Assembly (NCBI GenBank): GCA_047495785.1
Contig: JBLDXI010000015.1
Span: 744,001-808,000 of the forward strand
Direction of reading: 5' to 3'
Length of the DNA stretch: 64,000 nucleotides
From: Lepidodermella squamata
Taxonomy: Eukaryota; Animalia; Gastrotricha
Every line of letters starts with the position of its first letter. Positions within the stretch are counted from its first letter, which is position 1. Shown here one piece after another: positions 11,716 through 27,600 of the stretch. The position numbers were made by a program, and so were the translations under genes. The notes below the pieces were generated by a model. It did not search any database. It was given only the letters and a program-made list of their open reading frames with translations, and was not told the origin of the DNA.

Positions 11716-12662
11716 AACATCAAATGCTCAAACTTAAGCAACTCTGCTCATTCTGAATTCTAAAACTATCAGAATTTATCATACTTTGTAATTCCTTTCA
11801 TTGAAATAATCAAATAAAGTAATCTGAAAGCTCTCACTGATTTCCTAATTTTTTCGGCGAAAATTATACGAAATAGAGCTGAATAGAGCTGAACACTGGG
11901 CTGAAAGGCTTAATCTCGAGAATCTTATTAAATATTAAATGAATTTATTGCAAGTATTTAGATGTAGGACTCCCAGCTGAATCCTCTCACCAAAGATGGG
12001 TTAAAGTTCAGATTATAGCGCTTCTAATCGCCGGATGTTGATGCTACCAGTGTTTTAATGGTATCAAATGTTATCAAATATCAAATAAGTGTCCAAATGA
12101 TTATTTTAATTACGAAAGCGACACAAAATATCGCAGTCTATAACAATTAGGCCAGGGAAAAGCGCTATGCTGTTGTCTTTTGGTACCGAGGAGGAGATAA
12201 AACACTTTTTAATAGAGCCATATCATAATTTTTGACATGCATGGATAAATTGATAAGCATTTGCTGGTAAAGCCCACTTTGACCAAACTAAGATAACATA
12301 TTCTTCCAATATGAGATGGTTTTTCTTGCTCCGGAACCCACGAATCGCTGAAACAAAACAAACCTGTTTCGCGGACATTTAAAAATCAAGATCGGACATT
12401 TACATAAAAAGATCTATTTAACAATGAATCGCATCCAAGTCCCTAGAAGTGATACCAGGGTTTTTGGCAGTGCTTTAGTATCTCAGTCAAATGCTATGCT
12501 AATAATGGCTAAATTAACTTATGGCCAAATCTCAAATCTGGCGCCAAAATTACGGAGAATAATAGATAATTAATTCTCACAGATCTACATAACTCCTTGC
12601 CTAAAAAGTCAACAATTTGTTCTCAAAATTTGACATTATTTTAGATCACGCTTGGTTATCTG

Positions 12663-15600
12663 ATGTTAAGAAAACGTGGAGCTGGCCGATTTTCATCGGC
12701 CAAGCTCTTACTAGGGCCTATTTTGGCGTTTTTAATCGCGTGCCCGCCAATATCAGCGATCGACATCGAACTATGCCCGTTTGATGGCGATTACGACGCT
12801 GAAACAGCTCGCTGCAAGGTGCAGCTCGACGGTGATGTCAATTGGCGACTGAAACGAGCTGGCGAGCTTCTGCCCCTCGCCCAAGACTTTCTGACCGACT
12901 ACATGCCAACTGTAGACGCGACAAACTCCAGCGACGGCTTTTTCGCGTACCTTCAAACGCGGGACAACGTGACAAATGGCGACGTAGCTGTCATCCAAAT
13001 GCCAGTTATCCGTAAAGATGACGATATCAATTGCATCAAGCTGAGCTATGTCTACTACGGCCATCTGCTTGCCCCACTGCAGTTGGTTCGAACTTGCCCG
13101 CAGGGCGAAGATTCAACAGTGCCAGATGACGCGAAAGGCAAGACTGTGCTATGGCTCATGGATGGCTACAGTGTGACCCCTCACGATTGGCAATTCATGT
13201 GGCGGCATGAGACGGTCCCGTTCTACCATGATGAAAATGTTCAACTTGATGGGTGTTCACTGTCGTTCGAGGCTAAGGCTTGGGCTCCGATACGGGGTGC
13301 AATCGCATTGGACAATGTTGTTGCAACCAAATGCGATTGGAAACCAAGTGAGTTTTTTTTAACCTGCTTGCCGTTCGGTAAGCTAAACGAATTTGTTCAT
13401 AGAACGAGACGTCTGCACGTTCCAAGAGCCATGCGAACTCTGGGACGCAACCGGCTCTAAGTGGAAGGTCGAACAGCCGCAAACCATTTCGAACATCCCA
13501 TTCGACCATACTTACCAATCATTCGAGGGCAAGTACCTTGCATTCACCGCATCGGATACAGGGTGCCAATCTGAGAAACTCACCGGGCCTAAAATCGGCG
13601 ATCTTTCCAGCCCAGCAATTTGCATGAACTTTGCCGCTGCAATCTACAGCAATGGAGACAATGACGATTGGCATCATGTTGATTTCTTCCTGCATGTCAT
13701 CGATCCTAAATCTGGAAACAAGGTGGTTGCAACGCCCTGGCAAACACAAATGCATGACGAAAGTTACGATGACTTCAGTTGGCAACGTTTCTACGCATTT
13801 GCCGATCTGACAGATACCCTAGGACAGTTCACGAACGAAGTGAATGAATACCGCATTGCTTTCGAGGGCAGGTATTGCAATACTAGGTTCACTGGTGGTG
13901 TTGCTATCGATGACGTTCGCATGAATTCGCGAGAGCTGTGCCGTTTGCCGGGCGATGATGATTTTGAACAGTCGTACACGTGCTGGCAGCCGGTTGAAGT
14001 TCATGACCACAAGTACAACTTCATCATTATGCCAACAACGTGAGTTTTCTAGTGTATCTCCATGCACTTCTAAATGTGTGCATACAGGAAGCTACCCTTT
14101 TCTGGAACTACGGCCGACCACACCTTCCTCGACCAAACAGGCCGTGGCCAAGTTCTAGCTTCTAACCTCGGTTCAACTCCATTCGCGAAATTCCAATTTG
14201 GCAACCCACTAGCTCCGACTAGAGCTCGTTGCGTAACATTCTGGTTCTACACAACTTATACCGATGTTCTGATAAACGCTTACGTTCATCCGTCCAAACC
14301 GGGCATCTACTCAACGCCACCAGCATGGTCCATCGCGACAGGATTCAATCAAGTCAACACGTGGGTTGAAGCCTCGTTGACGTATCATTCTAACGAATAC
14401 CATCGGCTCATTTTCGACGCCACGGGATTTGTGAGCTTCGATGATTTCAGCCTTTCCGATGGTGTTTGCACCTGCAGACCAGAAGGAGCTGAGAATTGCT
14501 TCACGCCGAACCTTTCTCTTCTCACGTCCTCTTTTTTCGGTATGATTAATCCCTAATTTCTAGATTTTTATTGAATTTTCCCAACCAGCTCATGAAATTG
14601 AGTCTTACTATTCGAGAGTCGGATATTGCCCATCCGATGCAACTGCAATTTCGGCAAATCAAGCCGAGGAGAGCCTGGCTGAATGCGCTTTCCGTTGCGA
14701 GCGAATTAACTCATTCCGAAGTGGAGTGAAATGCAAAACCTTTACATACTCGGAGGCCAAACGAACCTGTGATTTGTACAGCGTTGCCTGCCCTACCCTC
14801 CAAACCGGTAGCATTGACTCGGATGACCGTCGAACTTACGAGAAGACGGAGGTTGAGAACTACTTCGGTAAAGAGGGTGTTTGTAGACAGTCGCCGGATA
14901 GGACAGCTACAATTTCAAGCCTTGAAGCGTGTCGGCTTGATTGTGAAGCTTACGGCTCCCTGTGCCCTTTCTTTTCGTACGATAAGGTCGACAAAACCTG
15001 TTCAGTCTACAGCAGCTGCGATATCAATCCGGTACCTGGGGCTCGAGTTGTTTATGAACATATCCGTAATCACAAATTTCGAACTGAGTTAATGTTATAC
15101 TATTGTCTTCTCTCCAGATTTCCCTGGTTACCTGATGTACTCTGGCAGTTGCGAATACGGAGGATCCACGACTACCGAGCTTGGAAACCGAGCTGCTTGT
15201 GCCAAGCAGTGTACCGATACGTTCGGTTGCACAACCTTCATCTACTATGAAAACACCAACATATGCGTGAGGTTGTACTCGGGAGATTGTGCCAAGGACC
15301 GCCAAGCTACCCCATATGCTTCAACCTACGTCAAACGAGGCGTTTCAAACTACAGTTGCGATTTCGAGTCCGTCAAGACCTGCAGCGATGATGGATGGCT
15401 GGTCGATGCTAGTCCCCAGGGTTTTGATTTTCAAGTCGTTGGTTCATACGATGGCTATGGCATGGGTGGGCCCAAACGTGATGCTACAGTCAAAAAGGAC
15501 TACAACGGCCGGTATGCGATGGTTAGCCAAGTAGCGGGTAATGCTGACACTACGGCATCTGTGACCAGTCCGCTAATCGCCAGCTATATCGCAAAATGTT

Positions 15601-18600
15601 TGACGTTCCGCTACTACATGTTTGGGCCAGATGTGCCGACCCTTCAGATAGAACTAATCAACGAAAATGGACTAGAAAAAGGCATAATCTGGCAAAGATC
15701 CGGGTCAAAAGCTGATGCCTGGCTGGAAGGAGGGGTCAATTTAGCCGATTTAGACCTTTCGGACGTTAACTTATACAGGCTTCAATGGAGGGTAAAGAGA
15801 GGTTCTAGATTCGTAGGAGCTGTTGCGTTGGATGATATTTTCATATCGAATAATGACTGTGGCGGTGCGGCGTTTGAATTATCATGCAGATTCGAAAACT
15901 TCAGCCCATGCGTAATCCCTGATACAGACTTTGACGTCAGAGCGAAAGGCACGACTGGAAATCTTAAGACCGACCATACCTACGAATCGACTTACGGCCA
16001 CTACGCTTTGGCCTCAAATCTCGGCCCAGGAATGCCCACTGCATCGATGAGTATTGACTACAACGCGAAATACGAGCGATGTTTGACCTTCTATTGGGCG
16101 AGGGCGTGCGCGACTCTGAAGGCTGGCATCAAGACATCGACTTTCGAATACCTGGAAATACCGTTTAACTTTGGAGGTAATGACCAAAGTTGGCAATATG
16201 CCCGTGTTGATCTCCCAGGAGGCCATGGAGATGCTAAAATTGTTTTCTACGCAACTCCAACGGGCTGTGGCTTGCCCTCGACTAATTTCGTGGCTATCGA
16301 TGATATTCTGGTCCTTGAACATGGCTGTTCGAGGAAAGGAAGTTGTAACTTTGACGGCCTTCAAGGCCCCTGTGATTTCGAAACCGAAACCGCCCCAAAT
16401 AGCGAAAGATGGCTGTATGGCTCTGCAGATCCCTTAACCTCAATCCCAGCACCAATGATGGATCATACCCTAAACTCAAAATATGACGGCGGCTATATGA
16501 TGGCCGACCTTGTTACTAGGCTTGACTTGAAGAAATCAGGCTCAGTTTTGACAGCCTGGATTCCTACTCTTAGCAATGTGGTAACTGTGACCTTCTACTA
16601 CTTAAACAACGGACCTGAAGGTGGCCGATTGAACGTTGATCTCGCGTTTTGGAGTTCATCGGGCACTGCGACAATGTGGACTTATAAAAGTCCGGATCGC
16701 AATTCGGCGTGGTTATTCGGTCGATTCTCATTCGAGGTCGAGGAAGCTGATTACTTCCAGTTGACGTTTTCTTACGAGCGAGGAGTGAACAGCTACGCTC
16801 TACTTGCCATTGATGATGTTGCAGTCCTGCAGGGAGTTCGAGGCAGCCTTGTCCCAACTTTTGCTGATCCTACCGCACCAACCCAACCCCCGGGTTCGAC
16901 ACTGCCTACGCCAACAACTACGACGCCCTACCCTCCTTTCCGTGAGTACTCACTATTTTTATGTAAAATCATTCATGATTTCGATTTCAGCTTCTTCGAG
17001 CTTGATTGTTGACTGCTCATTCGATGATAATAATTGCGGTATTGTAACAAGCAGTCGATACGGGTTCAACTGGGTTTGCCAACAAGGTGGGCCTTGCGAT
17101 AATCCAATTGGACCCTATGCTGATCATTCCAAGGGAGACAGTTAGTTTAAATTCGAGTTTTCTATCTTTTCAAACTCAGGTTTTCGCAGATACGGGTCGG
17201 TACATGTTTACTTCTGCCAAGTACAGCGGCTCTGCAGTCACTAGTTCATTCACAAAAGCCTATACTGCCCCGAAAGAGGTCTGCCTGAGTTACTGGTACA
17301 TTGCAGATCAAGGAACAATCCCCTTTGTTACGAGCGGATACCAAGACGCTAATGGAGGATCATACCAAATTTTCAAGCGATCGGGACCTCAAGGTCCAGA
17401 CTGGCGCTACGTAGAGCATAACGTACCGAAAAGCACTAACTACAAGCTCTACTTCGCCACTCAGCGTTCCTCCAGTTTGATTGGTGATATCGCGTTTGAT
17501 GACGTCAAAGTTTCAAACGATGGCTGCCCTCCCCGAAATAATGAATGCACTTTCGATGCGACGTATTCCAACCTGCCCTGTGCTATTCTCATCCAAGGCA
17601 GCCCGAAATGGGTCATTTCAACAAGAACTGAAGCGGCAACATCAACCAATGGCGATCACACCCTTCAAACCTCATGGGGCCGTTATGCTTACGTGTCTGC
17701 TGATTGGTCGCAGAGTTTTTCTGAGGCTAAGATCACTGTTCCTTTCAAATCACCGAAAGCATCCACTCATTACTGCGTCACATTCTGGCACAGAGTCGGC
17801 GGAACTTACCCAGCGACTCTCCGAGCTTATGTTCACGATGACAGCAAAGAATCAAACCTGATCGCTACTGCCAAGCCTTTTGATAACATTGTCTGGATGT
17901 ACTCTCAAGGCGATGCTGTAGTTCGTAAGTTGTCCACTTAATCCAAGGCTTTTTGATCCTCATCATTTATCACAGCTAGCATCGATTCCAGTGGTAACGA
18001 TCACTGGTATGTCGTATTCGTGGCCAACTACACAGCCGGTTCGAAGCCTCAAAAACAGACCATCCAAATCGATGATATCAAAGTCGTCCCTGAGCCCTGT
18101 AAGCCTTTAGATAAGTGCACGTTCGAGGATGGAACTTGTGAGTGGAAGAATGAGGAAGGTGCTAAAATTGACTGGTTGCTTGGAAGTGGTCTACGAGGCG
18201 GTCCCATTCTCCAAGATGCGACATTTGGCACCAGCGATGGTCACTACATTTTCGCGCCTATGAATCAGCAACCTCGATCCGGCCATCGGGCTCGTTTGAT
18301 CAGCCCACAGGCTTACTCAGGCTCTCAGTGCGTCAAGTTCTCTTACTACGTCAAACCGAGCTCACTCTCCAGATCTCAGACTATCCTCAAAGTCCTAGCT
18401 GTTACTCCATCTAGCCAGAAAACTCTATGGCTGTTCAAAGATGATACCTTCAGTGGCTGGAGTAATGGAATCGTACCTGTTGACGGTTTGAATTCGAACT
18501 TCGAAATCGCCTTTGAAACGTTCAACGATGCTAACGATGGCCAGCCGATTGTGGGTATTGATGACGTTCAAATCACTGATAACATGGATAACTGCTACAA

Positions 18601-21600
18601 GTACCCTGGTGGCGATATCACTAACCCTAACTTCATCACATCGGACTGGCTTATGTGTGATTTCGAAGATAAAAACTTCTGTCAATACCATACGCGCAGC
18701 GACGTTGAGAACTCGACTTGGGCGATTTTACCCGATGAGTTGGATGGACAACTTGCAGCCTCGATCAGTTGGTCATCGGTATCGACGAATTACAGCCTTG
18801 AGTTGAGCACTCGATATCTCGGAGTTGGAAGCGCCCACGACTTCTTTTGCGTGTCCTTTGAATACGCGTTTCATGGCTTGAACCCTGGGGTATTCGTTGT
18901 CGGGACTAGAAAGTCAAGTGACGGGGAAGAGAATTACCTGTTCATTCGAGAAGAAAGCGAAGGCTACATGTATCACAAAGCCTACGTTCAGATCTCGTCC
19001 GAAGAGGATTTCCAACTATACTTCAGAGCAATGGATTTCCGGTATTACGACCCGAGCTCTGGTCCTGATTTGATATCAGCTTTAGACACGCCATACTCCG
19101 GAACATTGTCCCTGCGTAGCATCATATCCTACGACGGACCTTGCCCTCCTGATATTACCAAAATCGCTGATTTCGATGCTAACATCGGAGACTGGGTACC
19201 TGATGACACTCACGTTCCGTCGTCAGATGTTTGGCAAATTTTGTCGAAAAGCGAGGCAAATCAGAAATCGATCCCAGCTCCTTACATCGATCATACGACC
19301 CAAACACAAAATGGCCGATTCGCATTTGCGGTTCAGTCCGCTGCCAAGCCTGATACCGAATACTTTTTCATCAAAAACATTGCGACTCACCCTACTGACT
19401 ACCAATGTTTAGTTTTCTGGTACTATATGTCACAGCCTGTTAACTCGGACCCAACCAAGCTATCGACCTTGACAGTTTACTCCAAGTACGAGTTCGAGTC
19501 TACCGGTTCAATAACAAATGCTATTTGGACTAATCTCGTGCCGAACACAAACTCGTGGCAACTCGGTTACGCTACGGTAGCCCCAGCAACTTACGATGAC
19601 GTGAAACTTTTATTCGGAGCTCGGGTGAAAGATTCGTCCGCTCAAATTGCGGTTGATGACGTAGTGCTTGTTACTGGAAAATGCCCGACACATTACGACT
19701 GCGACTTTGAAAGCGGAAAATGCGGCTATTTTACCTACAATACTGACGCGGATGCCCCACGGCATGCCGGTTGGCAGTGGGTTTCAGCTGGCCATCCTGA
19801 CTCTGCCCTAGCCCCTACGGCGGATCATACGACGAAGACCTCATTCGGGCACTACCTATTCATCGATTTCAGCAACGTGCGTCCGGATGTTGAAGCATAC
19901 ATCGCTCAGTCCACCGGTCCACTTGGTACATCGGGGCCTGATCCTTGCGTTGAATTCTCTTACGTTATTTCTGGAGATGATGACGCCATGCAACTGAAGG
20001 TATTCACGGTTACCGATAAGGAGGCCGCTTACATCTTCCGATCGGCCAAGGCAACTGGAACCGCGTGGACAACTGTTCGGGCGAAAATAAACGTGGATGT
20101 ACCGTATTCTCTTCAAATTGAGGCGAGTACGTTATTGAAAGAGGCCAAGGCCGGTGTTATCGCTGTTGATGATATCAAATTCCACGCCGAGTGCTACCCA
20201 CCTGTCACCACGACCACCGCAAAGCCCGACGACCTAGATTTTGGAACTTGCGATTTCGACAAAGATTTCTGTAAATACACCCCTGACAGCAATCAACTTC
20301 TGCGTTTCAACCGTGCAAAGGGAAGAGTGTCTGGGCTAGCCGGCCCTAAATCTGATGTCAGTGGCTTCGGCTACTACGCGTATGTCCGAGCTGACACAAC
20401 TGCTGGTTCAGCGAACTTATTTGCGAGATTAATCTCAGCTGAGTCAAATTTGGTTACTTCCACCTACGTTTGCGTTCAATTCTATTATCACATGACTGGT
20501 GTTCGCGTGGATTCTTTAAGACTCATCGACCAATCTGTAACGGATGGCTCTGAAAGAATTTTGTGGGAACGTAGCAGGGATCGGGCTGGAGTGTGGACGA
20601 AGGCTCATGTTGACGTTAATATTCCAGGTTTCAATTCTGAATCTTTTATTTGTCTTGTTGAAGCCGTTTCTAATTTCAGGGAGACATAACTTGATATTCG
20701 AAGCTGAAGTCATGCGAGGAAGCTCAGGGGTACTAGCGATCGATGACGTTGAAGTCACGCTTGGATCTTGCCCGATTCTCAATGTCTGCGACTTTCAAGA
20801 CATTGATCTCTGTGGCTGGGCGAATGATCCAACTGGAACAGCGCTCTGGAAACGCGTTAAAGGGTTCGATAATCCATCTTATGGACCAGACACGGATCAC
20901 ACCTACGGAAGTCGCGAGGGTGCCTACATGCTTTACGCAGCTTCCACCAATTCATTCAGCGCGATTCTTCGAAGCCCGGAGTACAAACTCCATGGATCTG
21001 AGGGCTGCATGCGAATGTGGACCTACCCCTACAGCACCGTCCCGCCTCTCTATATCTACATTGTCCCTACTAGCAACGGAATCGACCTTGATAACCAGAA
21101 AACAATCATTTTTGCATACAGTGATTATGCTTCTTCAGATAATTGGCGTCGCATTTCTGCTAGATTGAATGTTATCGGAACTTTCCGCGTAAAGATAGAA
21201 TCCATAAGCTCTGGAAGCCGGGGAAGCTTCTCGATTGATGATGTTGAAATTGATGTTCATCACCCATGTGGACCGCCCCTTTTCTGCGACTTCGAAGTCG
21301 ATGAATGTGGCTGGGAGAACGATATTGATAACCGTAATGATGATTGGCAACGTTTGTCTGGGCCATCTAATTTACCTGGAACTGGGCCGTCTGCCGATCA
21401 TACCTTAGGCACGTCTGAGGGAAGTTACATGCTTTACAGACCCACGCCCTTCACCACCTCAACAAGTTCGGCATACTTTCTTGGCGAACTTGCTAGTCCA
21501 TATGAGTTTGACAGCAATCGAGCTTGCTTCCGGTTCTACTACCACATGCATGGCCTTGGAATGGGGAAACTATCTGTAATCAATGCTTATAAGGTTATAT

Positions 21601-24600
21601 GGCAAAAGTCTGGAGATCAGGTAAGACGAAAGCTGATAGTAACCTAAACATGCCATATCTATTCGATGTCAGGGAAATCAATGGAATTTGGGTTTAGTTG
21701 ACATCCAGTTTTCTGGCTCCTACCCAGTGGCTCTCGAATTTGGAGGCACTGCAGGCACTATTGGGCAGTCTGATATTGCTATTGATGACGTAAGTTGAAA
21801 TCTTCAATTCAAATGTTTTCAACAAGCCTGATTTGAAAGGTCGCATTACTTCCCGGAGATTGCTCGAATTACAATGACACTACCCCTACGGAGTTTTATC
21901 AATGCAAAGGATCATCCGATAAGATCCCCATGAGCCAAAGATGTGATTTGGTCCCTGATTGCCCCAAGACCGGCGATGATGAGCTGGACTGTGGCCGGTC
22001 TTGTGATTTCGATTACGATAACGAAAACTGCGCTTGGCTGCCAACAAGTCAATACACGCAGATCTTCAAGTTGGGTAAGGGTTCAGACAACAACCCCCTT
22101 GGACCCCCTGTGGATGCCACAGTTGGCTCGAGGCTAGGAGGTTACTACTACGTCGCTTCAAATCAAGCTACAACGAGATCTGGCCGAGCTGAGTTGAGGA
22201 TTAGACTCCCTCCAACTCCAGCAACTTGTAAACTCCAGTTTTATTACATCTTACCTTCACCGCCTAATTGTAAGTCCTAATAATCCTAACTTCGGAATTC
22301 AGCTGAGTTATTGTTTCAATTTAAGATGGAGATGTTCGCGTCAGTTTGGAGAATCAAAAGCAGTTTGGCGATAAAATCTTTGACATCTTCTATGTAAATG
22401 GCTCTGAGGTTCATCCGTCGGTTGATTCTGAGCATGCCTGGCAAAAAGAATGGATCTATCCAAATCCTGATACATCACGAGCTGTTGTTCTAGGAAGAAT
22501 CAATACTGATGTCTTGGTGAGTTTGTTTGGCAGCTGAACAAGCTGTGAAGCATAACTTTTATTGTCATTAGCTCGTCATAAGAGGCTCGAAGAACCAGGT
22601 TCAGAATAGCTATCTAGCAATCGACGGTGTTAACTTGATAGACTGTATATTCCCGAGTAAGGATTAAAAGCCAATTTGGTGTATTTTAACTGTAACTGTT
22701 CCTTTTTAGTTCCTGATAATTTCCCTTGCGATCCTAAGAAGGAATTTACCTGCTCCAGAACTGGGGCTTGTATTCCTTCTACCCAAGTTTGCGATCGTAA
22801 GCAATTCAAAGTCATACCTTTGAATAAACTATGCTACTTCTTTCATAGTTACCGATGATTGCGGCGATGGTAGCGATGAAGCTAATTGCGGTAAAGATCT
22901 TGAAAATCAATCTGGAATGTCTAATGAAAATTCAAAATTTAGATGACTATTCGACTTATTGCAATTTCGAGAAGAACACATGTGATTTCAAGAGCGCGGG
23001 CGGTAGATGGGTCCGGGACCGAAACACTGCGAACTCACGGAATTGTTAGAATTTCCTATTTCAACATAATGTTTCTTTTTAATTGAAATTTCAGTGCCGA
23101 CTCGGGATCATTCAACTGGGTTGAATTATGGATACTTTGTCTACACAAATACCCTTTCAACCTACAACAAGCTTCGTTTCCCAAAGACTTACTATACCAT
23201 TCCGGAAGGCAACTGCTTCTTCAGCTTCTACTACGCCACATTTGAGACAATATTCCAGGACAACTCAATCTGGATCGAACTCACCAGGGAAAGTGATGGG
23301 AAAGTCTTCAGAGTCGACATCGTCCAGGAGGTTGAAGGTTTCGGAGAGTGGGATAAGGGGATTGTCAGTCTGCAAAACATCATCGCTTCGAACGAAGGAT
23401 TCCTAATCGACATTGTTGCTTATAACTTCACGAAATACGTAGCTTTCGATGACATAGCCTTATCACCAGGCTGTAAGGTCGATAATAACCAGGCGTGCCT
23501 ACCCCCCGATTTCTACCGATGCACGGCTAAGACAGGAACTACGGGTCAATCTTGCATTAAATCGACCTATTTCGGCGATTTTGTCAAGGATTGTCCGAAT
23601 GGTGATGATGAAATTGGATTCGGGCCGTGTTACTTTGACCCGCCACCGAAATCAACTGAGCCTAGCCTCTACGGCTGGACCCTCACCCCGCCGGGAGATG
23701 ATTTCTTCGCGATTGAGCAGGCTGGCCAATCTGGGCATAGCTACGCCCCGGCAACTGATGCTTTGTCGAATCCATCAGGCTACTACTACTTTGTTCGATC
23801 TGGGGTTATCTATAATACAGATAATGTGCGCTTTACCAGCCCCAGTCTTCCGAAATTCTCGTCGAGATGTGCTGTCAAGTTCGCTTACTACATGAACGGC
23901 GATGTTGCGAACCCCGTATCGCAACTTTCGATCGTCGTCGAGCTGAACTCGCCCAACTCAGATTCTAGCGAAAAGCTCGGCGGAGTTCAAATCAAGAATG
24001 ATCCTAACTGGCGCGATTCTGGTTGGATCAGCCTTGGGACAAGGGCGGTTCTAACTGAAAATGTCACAATAAGTCTAGCATTCTACCCAGACGTACCGAG
24101 ACTGTTCAGCGCTGTCGCGATCGATAACATCGAGTTTTCAGAAGATTGCAGCTTCAATCGAGGATTGCCAGACATCGACTGCAACTTTAATGATGGATCA
24201 ACTTGTACCTGGACCCAAACTAAGATCTTCTACTATCCTCAAGTCAAGTGGTCAGTTGCAGATGGAACTCAGGCCAAGTCCCTCGGAGGACCTGGGGTCG
24301 ACTACGATAGCCCGGGAACTGGAAAATATGCGTTTATATCGGACCAATGGCTGAAGGTTTCAGATATAGGATTCATTCAAGGATACGCCCAACTTCAAAG
24401 TCCAACTTTCCCTACTAGTCCTGACCCATACTGTTTGTCATTCGCCTACAACATTTTTGGTCCGAAACCTGGAGAGTTTAGACTCATGATGTTCTTCGGG
24501 TCTTTCAACCGCCAGCTGTTTTACAGAACGGTTTCCCAGGGCAACGAGTGGAGGTTCGCTGAGGTTACAATTGAACCGACCACCTACGAATCCTATTCCC

Positions 24601-27600
24601 TGCTCTTCTACGGCGCAACTCGACTTTCTTACAGTGGCTACATGGCTATTGACGCGGTTTCAGCAAAACGAGGCGCCTGTCCAACAAGAAACTCATGCGA
24701 CTTCGAGACAGGTTATTGCGAATGGACTAATGACAAATCAGGCACTTTCGACTTCAACTGGGAGAGGATAAAGCGGAGTAGTTTAGTTCATTCTACCGAA
24801 ACTGGTGCTCCTATCGATCATACCACCGAGTCTGCTGATGGCTACTTTATCCAGATCGAAGCATCAGGACGCAGACCTGGAGATAGAGCTGGTTTGAGGA
24901 GCCCATCTTACCAGATCCCCAGCCTCAATTCCGGGAAATGCTTCCGCTTCTGGTACCATATGTATGGCAAAGACACCGATAGACTCGCGATCAATATCTC
25001 GCCCGTGAAAAACCGACGAGTTGGTTTTGAGCGGTTTGGTAACCATGGCAACCACTGGTGGCACGGCCAGATCGATATCAAAGCGTCAGAATTCGCTGTA
25101 GCCGATCGAAACGGAAACTTCTCGATTGTAATTCAAGCAACAACTGGCAATGGAGATCTAGGCGATATCGCGGTTGACGACGTTGCCCTGAGGAACCACC
25201 CCTGCCCACCTGTTGCTACCTGCAACTTCGAAACTGGCCAATGCGGATTTTCTAACATGTTCGAGATGTCGGATTTTGCTTGGATTCGTAACAATAACAT
25301 CACTGTCAGCGAATTCAGTGGTCCGCAAGTTGATCACACGTATGGCAATGCTACTGGCCACTACATGCTGGTTGAATCTACAGCGGCTAGTTACATCGGA
25401 AATTACGTAAGTATTTTGCTGTATTTCGCTACTGAAATCAATATTTTTGTTAAATTTTAGTCATACTACGCCAGCGAGATTATTCAAGGCTCCATGGCCG
25501 GACAGTGCCTTAGCTTCGCCTATCACATGTTCGGCGAAAACGTCGGAAAACTTTCCATCCAAATCCTATATCCAGATACCTGGACCAATGACACAGTTTG
25601 GTCCAAATCCGGTAGCCAATTGGATAAATGGTACGAGCAAAAGTTGACGATTGCCACAGACTGCGAGTATTCCATCGTTTTCGCGGCTGATATTACCGCA
25701 GCTTATGCTGCTGGTGGCGACGGGGATATTGCCATCGACGATATCGCCGTTGATGTTACGGGACCTTGTAAGTCGACCCCGTTCCCTACTACGGCACCCA
25801 CCCCTCAGCAATTCGCTCCGTGCGGATTTGAAAGTGGAAATTGCGGTTGGAAAGCTGCGGTTCCGAGTTACCTCCTCGCCTGGAAACGGTCTTCGGGCTC
25901 AGATCCGGTAACTAAGGACGCCCCTATGGCTGACAACACAAAGAAAGACCAAAGTGGACATTACGTATGAATTTCCCTAGATCCGTCTATAAAATCTTAT
26001 CTTATCTAATTTTTTAGCTGGTTACTTGGATGAATTCAACCAATTTGAATGATTACCGGTCTCAAACATGGACCTCATACATATTCAGCCCGTTTTACAC
26101 TACCAACATGCGGCATTGTATCTTCAGCCTTTACTATTACATCCCTTCAAACATTGGCTATTCCCAAAACATCATCGCTGGAGTACAAGGTCAGGGTCAA
26201 AGCGAACGGGAATTCTGGAATGAATATGGCCCTTCATCGACAAATGGCAAATGGGTAGAGCGCAAATTCGACCTCGGTCAACAAACCGTGCCCTTCCAGA
26301 TTTACATCATGCAACGGATAAACTACATCCAATACGTCCCAGCGGCTGTTTCGTTCGATGACTTCGTTTTCTTCGATTGTAACCCACTCGAGGCGAGGGA
26401 GTCTTGCGGTAAGTATCAATTCCAGTGCGAGATTTCCAGGGCTTGTATCAGTGACACATACCTCTGTGACGGCTACGACAATTGTGGTGACGGAAGTGAC
26501 GAAGCTATGAGCCTATGCGATGGTCGCCTCATTGTCAACTTCCAGAATCCAGCTGTAGATGATACAATTCTTCGAGTTGTTCAGCCAGGCCCTGATGAGC
26601 CTGATGTCCGCATAACCTGGAAACGGAAGAGTGGGAAATCTTCAGCAAGCTATGAAACTGGACCTCGTTTCGACCATACCTTTGCGAACTCAACTGGTTT
26701 CTACTACTACTTGGATTCCTACTACCCATCTCAAAGTGGGGACATAGCGTGGATGGCCTCGACACCTCTTTCGAAGTCTTCCAGTTGCGAGCTCAAATTC
26801 TACTACTACTTATTCGGTCGTTCGGTCAACAAACTTCGGGTCTTATACCGAACTGCTACGAATGGACAACCAGTGCAGTTGTGGTCCCGTGAGGGTAATG
26901 TGGCTGATCTATGGCTGAGAGCAACTGTAGACCTGAAATCAATCCCTGAAGACTACGAACTGATTTTTGAAGGCGTAGTTGGCTCTAATTATTACAGCAA
27001 CATTGCGATTGATGACATATCCTTCTCCAGTGGGTGTAAGAAGCGAGACGCTCCTCTACCAACTCTTACGACTACAACCGTAACTACCACAACTCCAAGA
27101 CCTTGCCAAGATGACCCTGAGAAGTTCGGATGTTTCCGATCGGATGACGTTTGCATCGATCGCGATTTGGTCTGTAACTTCGTGAATGATTGCCCGAACG
27201 GCGAGGACGAGTCTACAACCGTATGCGTGGCGAATCCCACGAATTTTGTTGGGACACAGTTTGAAGAAAGTGGCTGGAAGGCAACTTCATCCTCCAGATA
27301 TGTTTGGCAAATAATGGATACAAAATCTATCCCTGATTCTTGCTCTGGGGCCTGTCCGAAGCAAGGTCCTTTTGGCAGCACTGGAAACTACGCATATGCA
27401 GACGCGAGGCTTTCAACGTCAGTCAACCAAAAGGCTATTCTATCTTTGAAATCGCCCATTTCGAGCTCTGGTCCGTTGTGCCGCGTAATTTTCTACTACG
27501 TCGTGACTGAAAAGGGTAGCTTTGCTTATGGATCGATGTCCTTGACCTTGGTGGTCCCCAACCCGGAAAATGACACGCTACCAGCGACTAGGAGCGAATT

